This document shows, in pieces, positions 29,584 to 38,640 of a DNA stretch of 64,000 nt. The DNA comes from an uncultured Chloroflexia bacterium (GTDB taxonomy: Bacteria > Chloroflexota > Limnocylindria > Limnocylindrales > CSP1-4). The notes under the pieces are model-generated. The model had not been told where the DNA came from and did not search any database. It saw only the letters and a program-made list of their open reading frames with translations. The DNA lies in assembly GCA_963813535.1 (NCBI GenBank), contig CAWEZH010000002.1, positions 672,001 to 736,000 on the forward strand. The letters are read 5' to 3'. Position 1 is the first letter of the stretch. Each line of letters starts with the position of its first letter. A program made the position numbers and the translations under genes.

Positions 29584-30723
29584 ATGAGCCCGACGCCCGT
29601 CACCTTCGCGACGCCGAACCAACCGTCGTCGTACACGTGGGAAGCGACCAACGAGGAGGTCGCCGAACGGTACGGGGTGCCCATCGACGAGATCGTCCGG
29701 TTCGACCTGAATACCGCACCCCTCCCGCCCGACCTCGCCCAGCGCGTGATGGACGCGGGGCGGTTCCACACATCGTTGTCGGAGTACCCGCCCGCCGACT
29801 ATCGACGTCTGGTCGAGGCAGCCGCCGGTCGATATGGCGTCGACACGGAGGAACTGGTCGTGGGTGCCGGGGCGGACGAGATCCTCGACGTGATCGGCAA
29901 GACGTTCCTGGTCGAGGGATCCCACGCCATCATCCCCGTGCCGACCTACGCGATGTTCCGCGTCATCACGGAACAGCGCGGGGCGGTCGCGACGCTCGTC
30001 CCGCGGCTCGGCCCCGGCGAGGGCTATGCACTCGACATCCCGGCCGTGCGCGAGGCGGCACGAGATGCCGCGCTGCTGTGGCTCTGCTCCCCCAACAACC
30101 CGACCGCGCAGTCCGAGCCGGACGGCACGATCGAGACGCTGCTAGGACTCATTTCGGCCGACGCGGCCTCGGACGTCCGACCGGTGCCGATCGTCGTGAT
30201 CGACGAGGCATATTCCGAGTTCGCGGGTCGGACGCTGGCGGCGTTGCGGTTCGCCCACCCGAACCTCATCGTCATTCGGACGGCCAGCAAGGCCTACGCG
30301 CTGGCGGGTCTGCGGGTCGGCTTCGCCATCGCCCGACCGGAGCTGGTCGCTCGGATGAACCCGATCCGTCCGCCGGGGTCCGTCTCCACGGTATCGGTGA
30401 CCGTCGTGACCGAGGCGCTGCTGGACGACGATCTGGCGGCCTCGAACGTCGCGCGCGTGGCGGAAGAACGGGAGCGGCTCATCGCGGGGCTATCTGACGC
30501 TGGCTGGTCGGTGGGACCGTCGACCACGAACTTCGTGCTGGTGGACCTGGGCTCGGTCGATCATGCCGCGGCTGCTGCCGAGGCCCTCCTCCGACGTGGC
30601 CTGGTGCCCCGCACGTTCCCGGAGACCCACCCGCTGGCCGACCACCTCCGATTGACGGTCCGCAGCCCCGAGCAGAACCACCGTCTGATCGCCGCAGCCC
30701 GGGAGCTCGAAACGGCGTCGTAG
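29584..30723 (+). CDS. hisC: Histidinol-phosphate aminotransferase
   Basis: GADEIL, CSPNNPT, DEAYSEF, RTASKAYALAGLRVGF. Confidence 0.88.
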   Translation: MSPTPVTFATPNQPSSYTWEATNEEVAERYGVPIDEIVRFDLNTAPLPPDLAQRVMDAGRFHTSLSEYPPADYRRLVEAAAGRYGVDTEELVVGAGADEILDVIGKTFLVEGSHAIIPVPTYAMFRVITEQRGAVATLVPRLGPGEGYALDIPAVREAARDAALLWLCSPNNPTAQSEPDGTIETLLGLISADAASDVRPVPIVVIDEAYSEFAGRTLAALRFAHPNLIVIRTASKAYALAGLRVGFAIARPELVARMNPIRPPGSVSTVSVTVVTEALLDDDLAASNVARVAEERERLIAGLSDAGWSVGPSTTNFVLVDLGSVDHAAAAAEALLRRGLVPRTFPETHPLADHLRLTVRSPEQNHRLIAAARELETAS

Positions 30724-30751
30724 CGCTCCGGGCTGAGGCGCGGATCCAGGG

Positions 30752-32056
30752 CTACCGCTGCAGGCGCCCGATCTCCCGTCGACGCTTGCCGATGCGCACG
30801 TCCAGCCACTCCCCGCCGACCAGCTCCGGGACGTCGGCGCCGTCGGCGACCCGTGTGCCGTTGACCGTCACCCCACCGCCCGCGATCAAGCGACGGGCCT
30901 CTCCGCGCGACGGGATGACCCCGGCATCGGCCAGCAGCCCTGCCAGGCCACCGGCCATGACCTCGGACGTGAACGTGAACCCGCCGGTCGAGTCGAAGAG
31001 CGACCGGAGCACCTGCGGGTCGGAGATCGATTCGCCGGAGAAGAGGGCCGCGCTGTCGGACTCGGCCTGGGCGGCGAGGGCTTCGCCGTGTGTTCGCGCG
31101 GTGATGTCACGCGCAAGGGCGCGCTGGGCGGCGCGGGTCTCAGGATGCTCCGCAAGCTCGGCCTCGAGGCCCGCGATGCGCTGGCGGTCGAACTCGGTGA
31201 ACCAGCGCAGGTACGTGCCCACGTCCCGGTCGTCCGCGTTGAGCCAGTACTGGTAGAACGCGAACGGCGTCGTCCGCTTCGGGTCGAGCCAGATCGAGTC
31301 GCCCGCGTCGCTCTTGCCGAACTTGGAGCCCGATGGCGAGAGCAACAGCTTGTAGGCCAGCCCGTGAGCGGGCTGCTCCGGGGCGTCCTCCCCTACCCCG
31401 CTGGTCCGCCGGATCAGCTCGAGCCCCGCGGTGATGTTGCCCCACTGGTCGGCGCCGCCCATCTGGAGCTCCACGCCCAGCGTCCGGTGCAGGTGCCAGA
31501 AGTCGTACGCCTGGAGGAGCATGTAGCTGAACTCGGTGTAGGACAGCCCGCGGTCGAGGCGTACCTGGACGGAGTCCTTCGCGAGCATGTACGGGATCGT
31601 GAAGTGCTTGCCCGTGTCACGCAGGAAGTCGATGAGCGACAGCTCGCCGAGCCAATCGAGGTTGTTGACCATCGATGCCGCGCCGGCCCCCGGGCTGAAG
31701 TCGAGAAACCGCTCGAGCTGGCCGCGGATGGCCGCAACGTTCGTCTCGAGGGTCGGCCGGTCCAGCAGGTTGCGCTCGGTCGACCGACCGGACGGGTCGC
31801 CGATCATCCCGGTCCCACCGCCGACGACGGCGATCGGCCGCCCGCCGGCCCGCTGCAGCCGGAGCAACCCGAAGATCGGGACGAGGTGGCCGGCATGGAG
31901 CGAATCGGCACTCGGGTCGAAGCCGATATACCCGGAGATCGGCCGGCCCGTGGCGAGTCGATCGGCCAGACCGGGGGTCGTGGCGTGCAGGATGCCACGC
32001 CACTCGAGCTCGTCGAGGAGGTCCGCGCCGCCCTCCCCTGAGCGTGCCGCCGTCAC
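30752..32056 (-). CDS. tyrS: Tyrosine--tRNA ligase
   Basis: YIGFDPSADSLHAGH, IGDPSGR, QMGGADQWGNI, KFGKS, C-terminal S4 domain. Confidence 0.97.
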   Translation of the reverse strand: MTAARSGEGGADLLDELEWRGILHATTPGLADRLATGRPISGYIGFDPSADSLHAGHLVPIFGLLRLQRAGGRPIAVVGGGTGMIGDPSGRSTERNLLDRPTLETNVAAIRGQLERFLDFSPGAGAASMVNNLDWLGELSLIDFLRDTGKHFTIPYMLAKDSVQVRLDRGLSYTEFSYMLLQAYDFWHLHRTLGVELQMGGADQWGNITAGLELIRRTSGVGEDAPEQPAHGLAYKLLLSPSGSKFGKSDAGDSIWLDPKRTTPFAFYQYWLNADDRDVGTYLRWFTEFDRQRIAGLEAELAEHPETRAAQRALARDITARTHGEALAAQAESDSAALFSGESISDPQVLRSLFDSTGGFTFTSEVMAGGLAGLLADAGVIPSRGEARRLIAGGGVTVNGTRVADGADVPELVGGEWLDVRIGKRRREIGRLQR

Positions 32057-32139
32057 AGAGCGGTGCGCCGCGGCGTCTGTCCCGAGGCGGCCGCCCAAGT
32101 CCGGTCGTTCACGAACCCTATGCTATCGTGCGGGCTCAG

Positions 32140-34839
32140 ATGCAGACCACCCTGGCCAGGCGGCAGCGTCATCGACGCTCGCTGGATCGTCGGCCGACCG
32201 GGCGAAGCGGAACCATCCTCCGCGGCATCCTCATCGCCATCCCGATCGTCATCATCCTTGTGACGGTCCTGACCGCGGGCGCTGGGGCGCTGTTCACCGT
32301 GGCCGCGTACAACTTCTACGCGCAGGGCCTGCCCGACCCCGGGGCGGCACTCAACGATCTCCGGTTCGAGCAGCAGACCATCGTCTACGACCGGACCGGC
32401 AAGGTCGAGCTCGCACGACTGGGCACGCTGCGGCGCGAGGTCACCACGTTCGCGAACATCCCCGATGAGATGCTCGATGCGACGACGGCCATCGAGGACC
32501 AGGGCTTCTGGACGAATCCCGGTTTCGACCCATCGGCCATCGTCAGTGCCGGCCTCGACACGCTGGCCGGCCGGCCGCGTGGCGCGTCGACCATCACCCA
32601 GCAGCTCGTCAGGGCGCGGCTCCTGCCCCCCGAGGCGTTCGCCGATACGACGTACGAACGCAAGATCCGCGAGATCATCCAGTCGATCCGGCTGACCGAG
32701 GCGTATCCCGGCGACAAGGGCAAGCAGGACATCATCACCGCCTACCTGAACCAGAACTTCTACGGCAACCAGACGTACGGCGTGAAGGCGGCGGCACGCG
32801 GGTACTTCGGGAAGTCGCTCGACGAGCTGAGCCTCGCCCAGTACGCGATCCTCGCGGCGATCCCACAGTCACCGACCAGGTTCGACCTCATGCGCAATGC
32901 CGAGGAGGTCTGCCTCGACGAGAAGCCGCCGGACCCCGACTCCGAGGAGTCGTGCAAGAAGCTCCAGCTCGAAGTGCCGGCGACATCCGAGATCGTCCAG
33001 CGCCGCAACTACATCCTCGACCTGATGCGGACGCGCAGCCCGCTCAGCGGAGCCCGCCACAACGACGCGGAATTCGACGCGGCAAAGCTCGAGCCGGTCG
33101 TCATCAAGCCGCAGGCGCCCGCGACGTGGCGCGCCGCCCACTTCGTCTGGCAGGTGCGCGAGGCGCTGACGACCATCCTGTGCCCCGACGAGCCGACCGA
33201 ATGCGAGAAGGTCGACACCGGGGGCTATCGGGTCACCACCACGCTCGACTGGAAGATGCAGAAGGTCGCCGAGAAGTGGACCTACGTCGCCGCGCGAGCC
33301 CCCCACTCCAGCAACCCGCGCAAGATCCTGCGGCAGTACAAGATCCCCGCCCGGGAATGGAGCTGGATCCTCAACCTGCGCGGTCGCAACATCCACAATG
33401 CCGCCTCGGCGGTGACGGACTACCGCACCGGCGAAGTCCTCGCGTATGTCGGCAGCGCCCGATACACGGGCAAGGGCAACAAGAAGTTCCAGCCGCAGTT
33501 CGACGTCCTGTCGGACGGCTGGCGCCAGCCGGGATCGTCGATCAAGCCGATCGACTACGCCATCGGCATCGACGACGAGACGCTGACCGCGAGCACCATG
33601 TTCATGGACGTCACGACGAATTTCGGGCGGGGCTTCACGCCGACCCAGGCCGACAAGAAGGAACGCGGCCCGGTCCGGCTTCGCTCGGCGCTCCAGTTCT
33701 CGCTGAACATCCCGGCCATCAAGGCCACGCTCATCCAGGGTCTCGATCACACGTTCGAGCGCAGCCAGGACTTCGGGCTGGTGTTCCCGCCGTCGGCGAT
33801 CCCGGTCACCTCGATGGGCATCGGCACACTCGAGACGCACCCGATCGACATGCTGTCGGCGTACGGGGCGCTGGCCAACGGCGGCGTTCGGATGCCCCGC
33901 CAGCTGATCACCAAGGTCGTCGACGAGAACGGCGTCCAGGTCTGGCCACAGGATGATGACACCACGGCCGAAGGCACCGAGGTCGTGAGCCCGCAGGCGG
34001 CCTACATCGTGTCCGACATCCTGGCCGGCAACACGGTCATGGGCGTGAACCCGTATTGGGGCAAATTCGCGGTCTACTCCAAGAACGGCCGGCGTCGGCC
34101 CGCCGCGTACAAGACCGGTACGACCAATGACAACCGCGACGTCCACGCCTACGGCTTCCTCGCACCGCCCGCCAACAAGAAGCAGCCGGCCCTCGCGGTC
34201 GGCGTGTGGATGGGCAACAGCAACAACCAGCCGAACAACGGCAGCCTCTCGCTCGACTCGTCCGCGCCGTTGTGGTCGGCGATGCTCGAGGAGCTCAGCT
34301 CCAAGTACCCGGTCGCCAGCTTCAAGGCGCCGGGCGGTCTCACGACCGCGACGGTCGACGCGTTCACCGGTCTCAAGCCGGGCCCGTTCACGAAGAAGAC
34401 CGTCAAGGAGTTGTTCATCAAGGGCACGGCCCCCAGGGAGCGCGAAACGTTGCGCGTGTCCCGCGAGGTCGACCAGGCATCCGGCCTGCTGTGGCGGACC
34501 GGTTGCGTCGGCCCGAAGGTCAGCCGGGGCTTCTTCAACCTCAACGAGGTCGAGAGCAACTTCCCGAACTGGCAGAAGGCGAACCGGAACTGGGCGTCAC
34601 GCGCCGCCCGCGGCGCGGGGACACGCGGGGGGCCGGAGGGGACCCGGACCTCCTACTTCTATGACGGTGCCTTCACGCCGTTCGGCAAGTCGTGGGGTGC
34701 CCCGTTCGCGCCGAGCGGCAGGTGCCCGATCGCACCCGTCGCGACACCGCCGCCGTCGTGCGATCCATTGCTCCCCGAGCTGTGTCTTCCGCCCGAACCA
34801 CCCAAGCCCGACAAGACCAAGCCACCCAAGCCGCCGTGA
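32140..34839 (+). CDS. Class A penicillin-binding protein (transglycosylase/transpeptidase)
   Basis: IEDQGF, GASTITQQLV, RKIREI, YLNQNFYG; SSIK, SLN and KTGT transpeptidase motifs. Confidence 0.93.
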   Translation: MQTTLARRQRHRRSLDRRPTGRSGTILRGILIAIPIVIILVTVLTAGAGALFTVAAYNFYAQGLPDPGAALNDLRFEQQTIVYDRTGKVELARLGTLRREVTTFANIPDEMLDATTAIEDQGFWTNPGFDPSAIVSAGLDTLAGRPRGASTITQQLVRARLLPPEAFADTTYERKIREIIQSIRLTEAYPGDKGKQDIITAYLNQNFYGNQTYGVKAAARGYFGKSLDELSLAQYAILAAIPQSPTRFDLMRNAEEVCLDEKPPDPDSEESCKKLQLEVPATSEIVQRRNYILDLMRTRSPLSGARHNDAEFDAAKLEPVVIKPQAPATWRAAHFVWQVREALTTILCPDEPTECEKVDTGGYRVTTTLDWKMQKVAEKWTYVAARAPHSSNPRKILRQYKIPAREWSWILNLRGRNIHNAASAVTDYRTGEVLAYVGSARYTGKGNKKFQPQFDVLSDGWRQPGSSIKPIDYAIGIDDETLTASTMFMDVTTNFGRGFTPTQADKKERGPVRLRSALQFSLNIPAIKATLIQGLDHTFERSQDFGLVFPPSAIPVTSMGIGTLETHPIDMLSAYGALANGGVRMPRQLITKVVDENGVQVWPQDDDTTAEGTEVVSPQAAYIVSDILAGNTVMGVNPYWGKFAVYSKNGRRRPAAYKTGTTNDNRDVHAYGFLAPPANKKQPALAVGVWMGNSNNQPNNGSLSLDSSAPLWSAMLEELSSKYPVASFKAPGGLTTATVDAFTGLKPGPFTKKTVKELFIKGTAPRERETLRVSREVDQASGLLWRTGCVGPKVSRGFFNLNEVESNFPNWQKANRNWASRAARGAGTRGGPEGTRTSYFYDGAFTPFGKSWGAPFAPSGRCPIAPVATPPPSCDPLLPELCLPPEPPKPDKTKPPKPP

Positions 34840-34869
34840 TCGACGGGCGGCACCGTCGAGCCCGACCGA

Positions 34870-37230
34870 TCAGAGGCTGACGACCGTCGCCCCGTCCCCA
34901 CCCTCGCCACGTTCGCCGGGTCGAGCCGACCGAACGAGCGGATGTACGGCGGCGGCTTCCCGGACGGCGTCGCGGAGCGCGCCGGTCCCGAGCCCGTGGA
35001 TGATCGTGACCGAGCCGAGACCGGCCACGGTCGCGTCATCGAGATAGCGGTCGAGCGCCTCGAGCGCCTCCTCGACCCGGGCACCACGCAGGTCCAGCGA
35101 GGAAGCGACGCTGCGGGCACGCTCGAGGCGGAGTGATGCAGCATTCGAGGTCGCCGCGGGGTTCGAGCGTCCGGCCGACGCGCCGACGGCCGTCGGCGCA
35201 CCGATCGCCGGGACGAGGTCGTCCACCTCCACGGTGACGCGCATGCCACCCGCCTCCAGGGTGGCCCGTCGGCCGCCCTTCTCCAGCGACGCGATCCGTC
35301 CCTCCCAGCCCCCCGTCCGGCTCCGGGCGCGGTCGCCGACCGTCCAGTCACGCCGCTCGTCCGGCTCCGGCGAGAGCTCGGCGGGCTCGCTGGCCGGCAG
35401 CCGGTCGGCCACCGCCTCGGCGCGCGCGAGGGCCGCGTCGACCGACGCCGCCGTGACGGTCTCCCGTTCGAGCATCCGGCGGGTCGAGGCCAGCTCGGTG
35501 CGCAGGTCATCGACGATGCGGTCCGCCTCCTCGCGGGCAGCCCGGACCTGCTCGTCGCGCTCGCGCCGCGCGCGTCGACGCTCCTCCTGGGCCGTGCGCA
35601 GCGCCTCCGCCGCACGCACCTCGGCCGACCGCGCCCGCTCGAGCGCCTCGCTCGTCTCCCCTTCGGTCGCTCGGATCGACGCCAGGGTCGCCTCGAACGA
35701 CAGCTGCGCCTCGGTCAGGCGTGATCGGGCGTCGTCCACGATGGCCTCCGGGAGCCCGAGCCGTTCGGCGATCGCGAAGGCCTGGCTGCCCCCGGGCAAC
35801 CCGATCGTCAGCTTGTACGTCGGCGACAGGGTGTCCAGATCGAACTCGACCGCCGCGTTGCGTGCCCCGGCAGTCGTGTGCGCGTATGCCTTGAGCTCGG
35901 CGTAGTGGGTCGTGGCGGCCACGATGGCTCCGGCACGGATGAAGTGGTCGAGCAGCGCCTGGGCGAGCGCCGAGCCCTCGGTCGGATCGGTCCCGGCACC
36001 CAGCTCGTCGAGCAGGACCAGCGTGTCGGGTCCGGCCTCCGCCACGATCGCGGTGATGCGGCGGAGATGCCCCGAGAACGTCGACAGCGACTGGGCGACC
36101 GACTGCTCGTCCCCGATGTCCGCGAACACGTCGCGCCAGACCGGCAACCGGCTGCCCGCCTCGGCCGGGACGTGGAGCCCTGACTGATGCATCAGGCTCA
36201 GCAGCCCCAGGGTCCGGAGGGTGACCGTCTTGCCGCCCGTGTTGGGGCCCGTGACGACGAGCGCCGTGTAGCCATCGCCGATCCGGATGTCGATCGGGAT
36301 CACCCGGCCGGTCAGACCCGGATGACGCGCCGACAGCAGGACGACCTCCGGACGATCGGCGGTCTCGGCTCGGGTCGCGTCCATCTCGGCGGCCAGCGCC
36401 GCCTTGGCGGCCCACAGGTCGAACCGCGCCAGCGCGTCGAGCGTCTCGCGCAGGGCCGTGGCGTTGACCGCGATGAGCGCCGATAGCTCGTCGAGGATGC
36501 GGGCGACCTCTTCCTGCTCGGCCGCCTGTGCCTCCCGCCAGGCGTTGCCGAGCTCCACCGCCACGAGCGGTTCGACGAACAGGGTCTGACCGCTTCCGGA
36601 CGCGTCGTGGACGATGCCCTTGACCCGCGATCGCGCCTCGGCCTTGACGGGGACGACGTACCGACCATTGCGCAACGTGACGATCGGCTCCTGGAGCGCA
36701 TTGCCGAGCTCGGCCCCGACCAGCGAGTCGAGCCGGCGGCGCAGCCGGTCATAGGCGACGCGGACCGCGGCCCGCAGCCCGCCGAGGCGTGGCGAGGCGG
36801 TGTCCAGCAGCTCACCGACGGGGTCGAAGCTGCGCGCCAGCGTGCTCCGGACGGCAGGCAGCGGATGGAGCTCGCGCCCGAGGTCGCGCAACAGCGGGCG
36901 ACGCTCGTCGGCGAGCGACGTCGCCAGACGGGCGGCCGCGTCGAGCGTGTCCGCGATGGCCAGGAACTGCTCCGGCTCCAGACGGCCGCCGCGGGCCGCC
37001 CGTTCGACGGATGGCTCGATGTCGTGCGCGCCGCCGACACCGACCCCGGCTCGATCGGCCAGGAGCGCGCGCGCCTGATCCGTCTCGTCGAGCCGGCGCG
37101 CGACGACGACGGTGTCGGACGACGGCTCGAGCGCCTCGGCCAGGCGACGTGACGGCGGGAACGAGGTCGCATCGGCGAGGCGCTGCCGGACGAGCGGGAA
37201 CTCGAGGAGCGCCTGTGAGCGAGCGTCCAC
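34870..37230 (-). CDS. mutS2: Endonuclease MutS2
   Basis: TGPNTGGKT, DIGDEQS, LSTFS, DELGAGTDP, C-terminal Smr domain IIHGLGTG. Confidence 0.96.
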   Translation of the reverse strand: MDARSQALLEFPLVRQRLADATSFPPSRRLAEALEPSSDTVVVARRLDETDQARALLADRAGVGVGGAHDIEPSVERAARGGRLEPEQFLAIADTLDAAARLATSLADERRPLLRDLGRELHPLPAVRSTLARSFDPVGELLDTASPRLGGLRAAVRVAYDRLRRRLDSLVGAELGNALQEPIVTLRNGRYVVPVKAEARSRVKGIVHDASGSGQTLFVEPLVAVELGNAWREAQAAEQEEVARILDELSALIAVNATALRETLDALARFDLWAAKAALAAEMDATRAETADRPEVVLLSARHPGLTGRVIPIDIRIGDGYTALVVTGPNTGGKTVTLRTLGLLSLMHQSGLHVPAEAGSRLPVWRDVFADIGDEQSVAQSLSTFSGHLRRITAIVAEAGPDTLVLLDELGAGTDPTEGSALAQALLDHFIRAGAIVAATTHYAELKAYAHTTAGARNAAVEFDLDTLSPTYKLTIGLPGGSQAFAIAERLGLPEAIVDDARSRLTEAQLSFEATLASIRATEGETSEALERARSAEVRAAEALRTAQEERRRARRERDEQVRAAREEADRIVDDLRTELASTRRMLERETVTAASVDAALARAEAVADRLPASEPAELSPEPDERRDWTVGDRARSRTGGWEGRIASLEKGGRRATLEAGGMRVTVEVDDLVPAIGAPTAVGASAGRSNPAATSNAASLRLERARSVASSLDLRGARVEEALEALDRYLDDATVAGLGSVTIIHGLGTGALRDAVREAAAVHPLVRSARPGERGEGGDGATVVSL

Positions 37231-37242
37231 GCTGGCCCGCCC

Positions 37243-37932
37243 TCAGCGGGCGCGCGGGCCCGAGACCGACGGATGGCCGGCGATCGAGAACCGCCAGGGC
37301 CGTGCCGCCCACTCCGGGCCGGCGTACGCGACACCGATCCGTGGCGTGACGGCGACCCGATCCGGCTTGACCCTGTCAGCGCGGTCGTGAGGGTCCCGCT
37401 CGAGACGTAGCACCGAGGTCGGGTCACACAGGTCCGTCCCGGTGCGGCTCGTGTCGATGCCGAAGGCAGCGGCGACCAGCCCGGGACCGCTGGCCAGCCG
37501 CTGGATGGGCACCCGCGCCAGCCTCGACCGCGCCATGGTCATGCCGTCAGGGGTCCGTGCGGCCTTGCGCCGTCCCTCGACGACGAGGCGGTCGCGCCGC
37601 ATCTCGGCCAGGCCGGCAAGCGGCTCGACCGCACGGATCAGGACCGCGGCCGGGGCGCCCTCCGTCCCCGTCACCACGTTGAGGCAGTCATACATCCCGT
37701 AGACAAGGTACACGTACGCGATACCGGGCAACCCGGCCATGACCTTGTTGCGCCGCGTGCTGCCGAACCGGGCGTGGGACGCCCGGTCGTCGGGGCCTCC
37801 GTAGGCCTCGACCTCGACGATGCGTGCGACGCGGCGTCCGGTGTCGTCGTCGCGGACGAGCCGCGCGCCGAGCAGGTCGCGGGCGACGTCCGGCGTGGCC
37901 CCGGCCAGGCTCCCTCGATCGAGGACGCTCAG
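37243..37932 (-). CDS. DNA-3-methyladenine glycosylase (MPG/AAG family), probable CTG start
   Basis: VARDLLGARL, RIVEVEAY, DRASH lie in frame upstream of the track ORF; YVYLVYGMY, AVLIRA, GPG, TPRIGV, PWRF. Confidence 0.9.
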   Translation of the reverse strand: MSVLDRGSLAGATPDVARDLLGARLVRDDDTGRRVARIVEVEAYGGPDDRASHARFGSTRRNKVMAGLPGIAYVYLVYGMYDCLNVVTGTEGAPAAVLIRAVEPLAGLAEMRRDRLVVEGRRKAARTPDGMTMARSRLARVPIQRLASGPGLVAAAFGIDTSRTGTDLCDPTSVLRLERDPHDRADRVKPDRVAVTPRIGVAYAGPEWAARPWRFSIAGHPSVSGPRAR

Positions 37933-38516
37933 GTGGCGCCGCCCGGGTACATCGCCTTGAGGTTGCTCGGGATGAACAGACCCACCAGGACGAAGAAGGC
38001 CGGGATCAGCGTGTCGCGGAAGATGTCGACGATCCTCGACGTATCAAGGAAGGTCCACAGATCGCGCAGGAACCCGAGCTCCGTCGACCGCGGTTCCTGC
38101 CCGAGGCGATAGTACGAGTCGAGGATGATGATCAGCGCACCAAGGATGACCGCCGCCTGGACCAGTCCGAGCAACCCGCCGATGATCTCGTCGAGGAAGC
38201 GCGCTTTCTGGAAGAGCGGCTGCGGGTGATAGAAGCCCTGGGCGACGATCGCGAACGCGAGCGACGCGGCGACGAACACGGTCAGGAACCCGATCATGTA
38301 GCTGTAGGCCGGATTCTGGTCGGTCCAGTTCGAGCGCAGGAAGGTGGCCAGCGGTTCGGCGACGTTGGCCGCGAGCAGGAACGAGAACGTGACTGACGCG
38401 AGTCCGATCAGCCGTCGGATCGTGCCCTGGGCGAAGCCCAGGACGAAGAAACCTCCGAAGAAGATGACGATCAGCCAGTCGGCGAACGGGACGCCGGCGA
38501 GATCCCCGAGATCCAC
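37929..38516 (-). CDS. CvpA (colicin V production) family membrane protein
   Basis: GFAQGTIRRL, four TM segments, LDEIIGGLLG; aaggagg RBS; lies between pheT and mutS2. Confidence 0.82.
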   Translation of the reverse strand: MDLGDLAGVPFADWLIVIFFGGFFVLGFAQGTIRRLIGLASVTFSFLLAANVAEPLATFLRSNWTDQNPAYSYMIGFLTVFVAASLAFAIVAQGFYHPQPLFQKARFLDEIIGGLLGLVQAAVILGALIIILDSYYRLGQEPRSTELGFLRDLWTFLDTSRIVDIFRDTLIPAFFVLVGLFIPSNLKAMYPGGAT

Positions 38517-38640
38517 CGAACCTCCTTGGTGACGGTTCGAGCCGGTGATCCGGCGCGAGAGCCGCGCAAGGGTAGCAGCGGCTTCTCGCGCGTCGCAAGC
38601 AGCCCGCCGCGCGCGCCGTCCGGTACTTTCGGGCTAGGCG

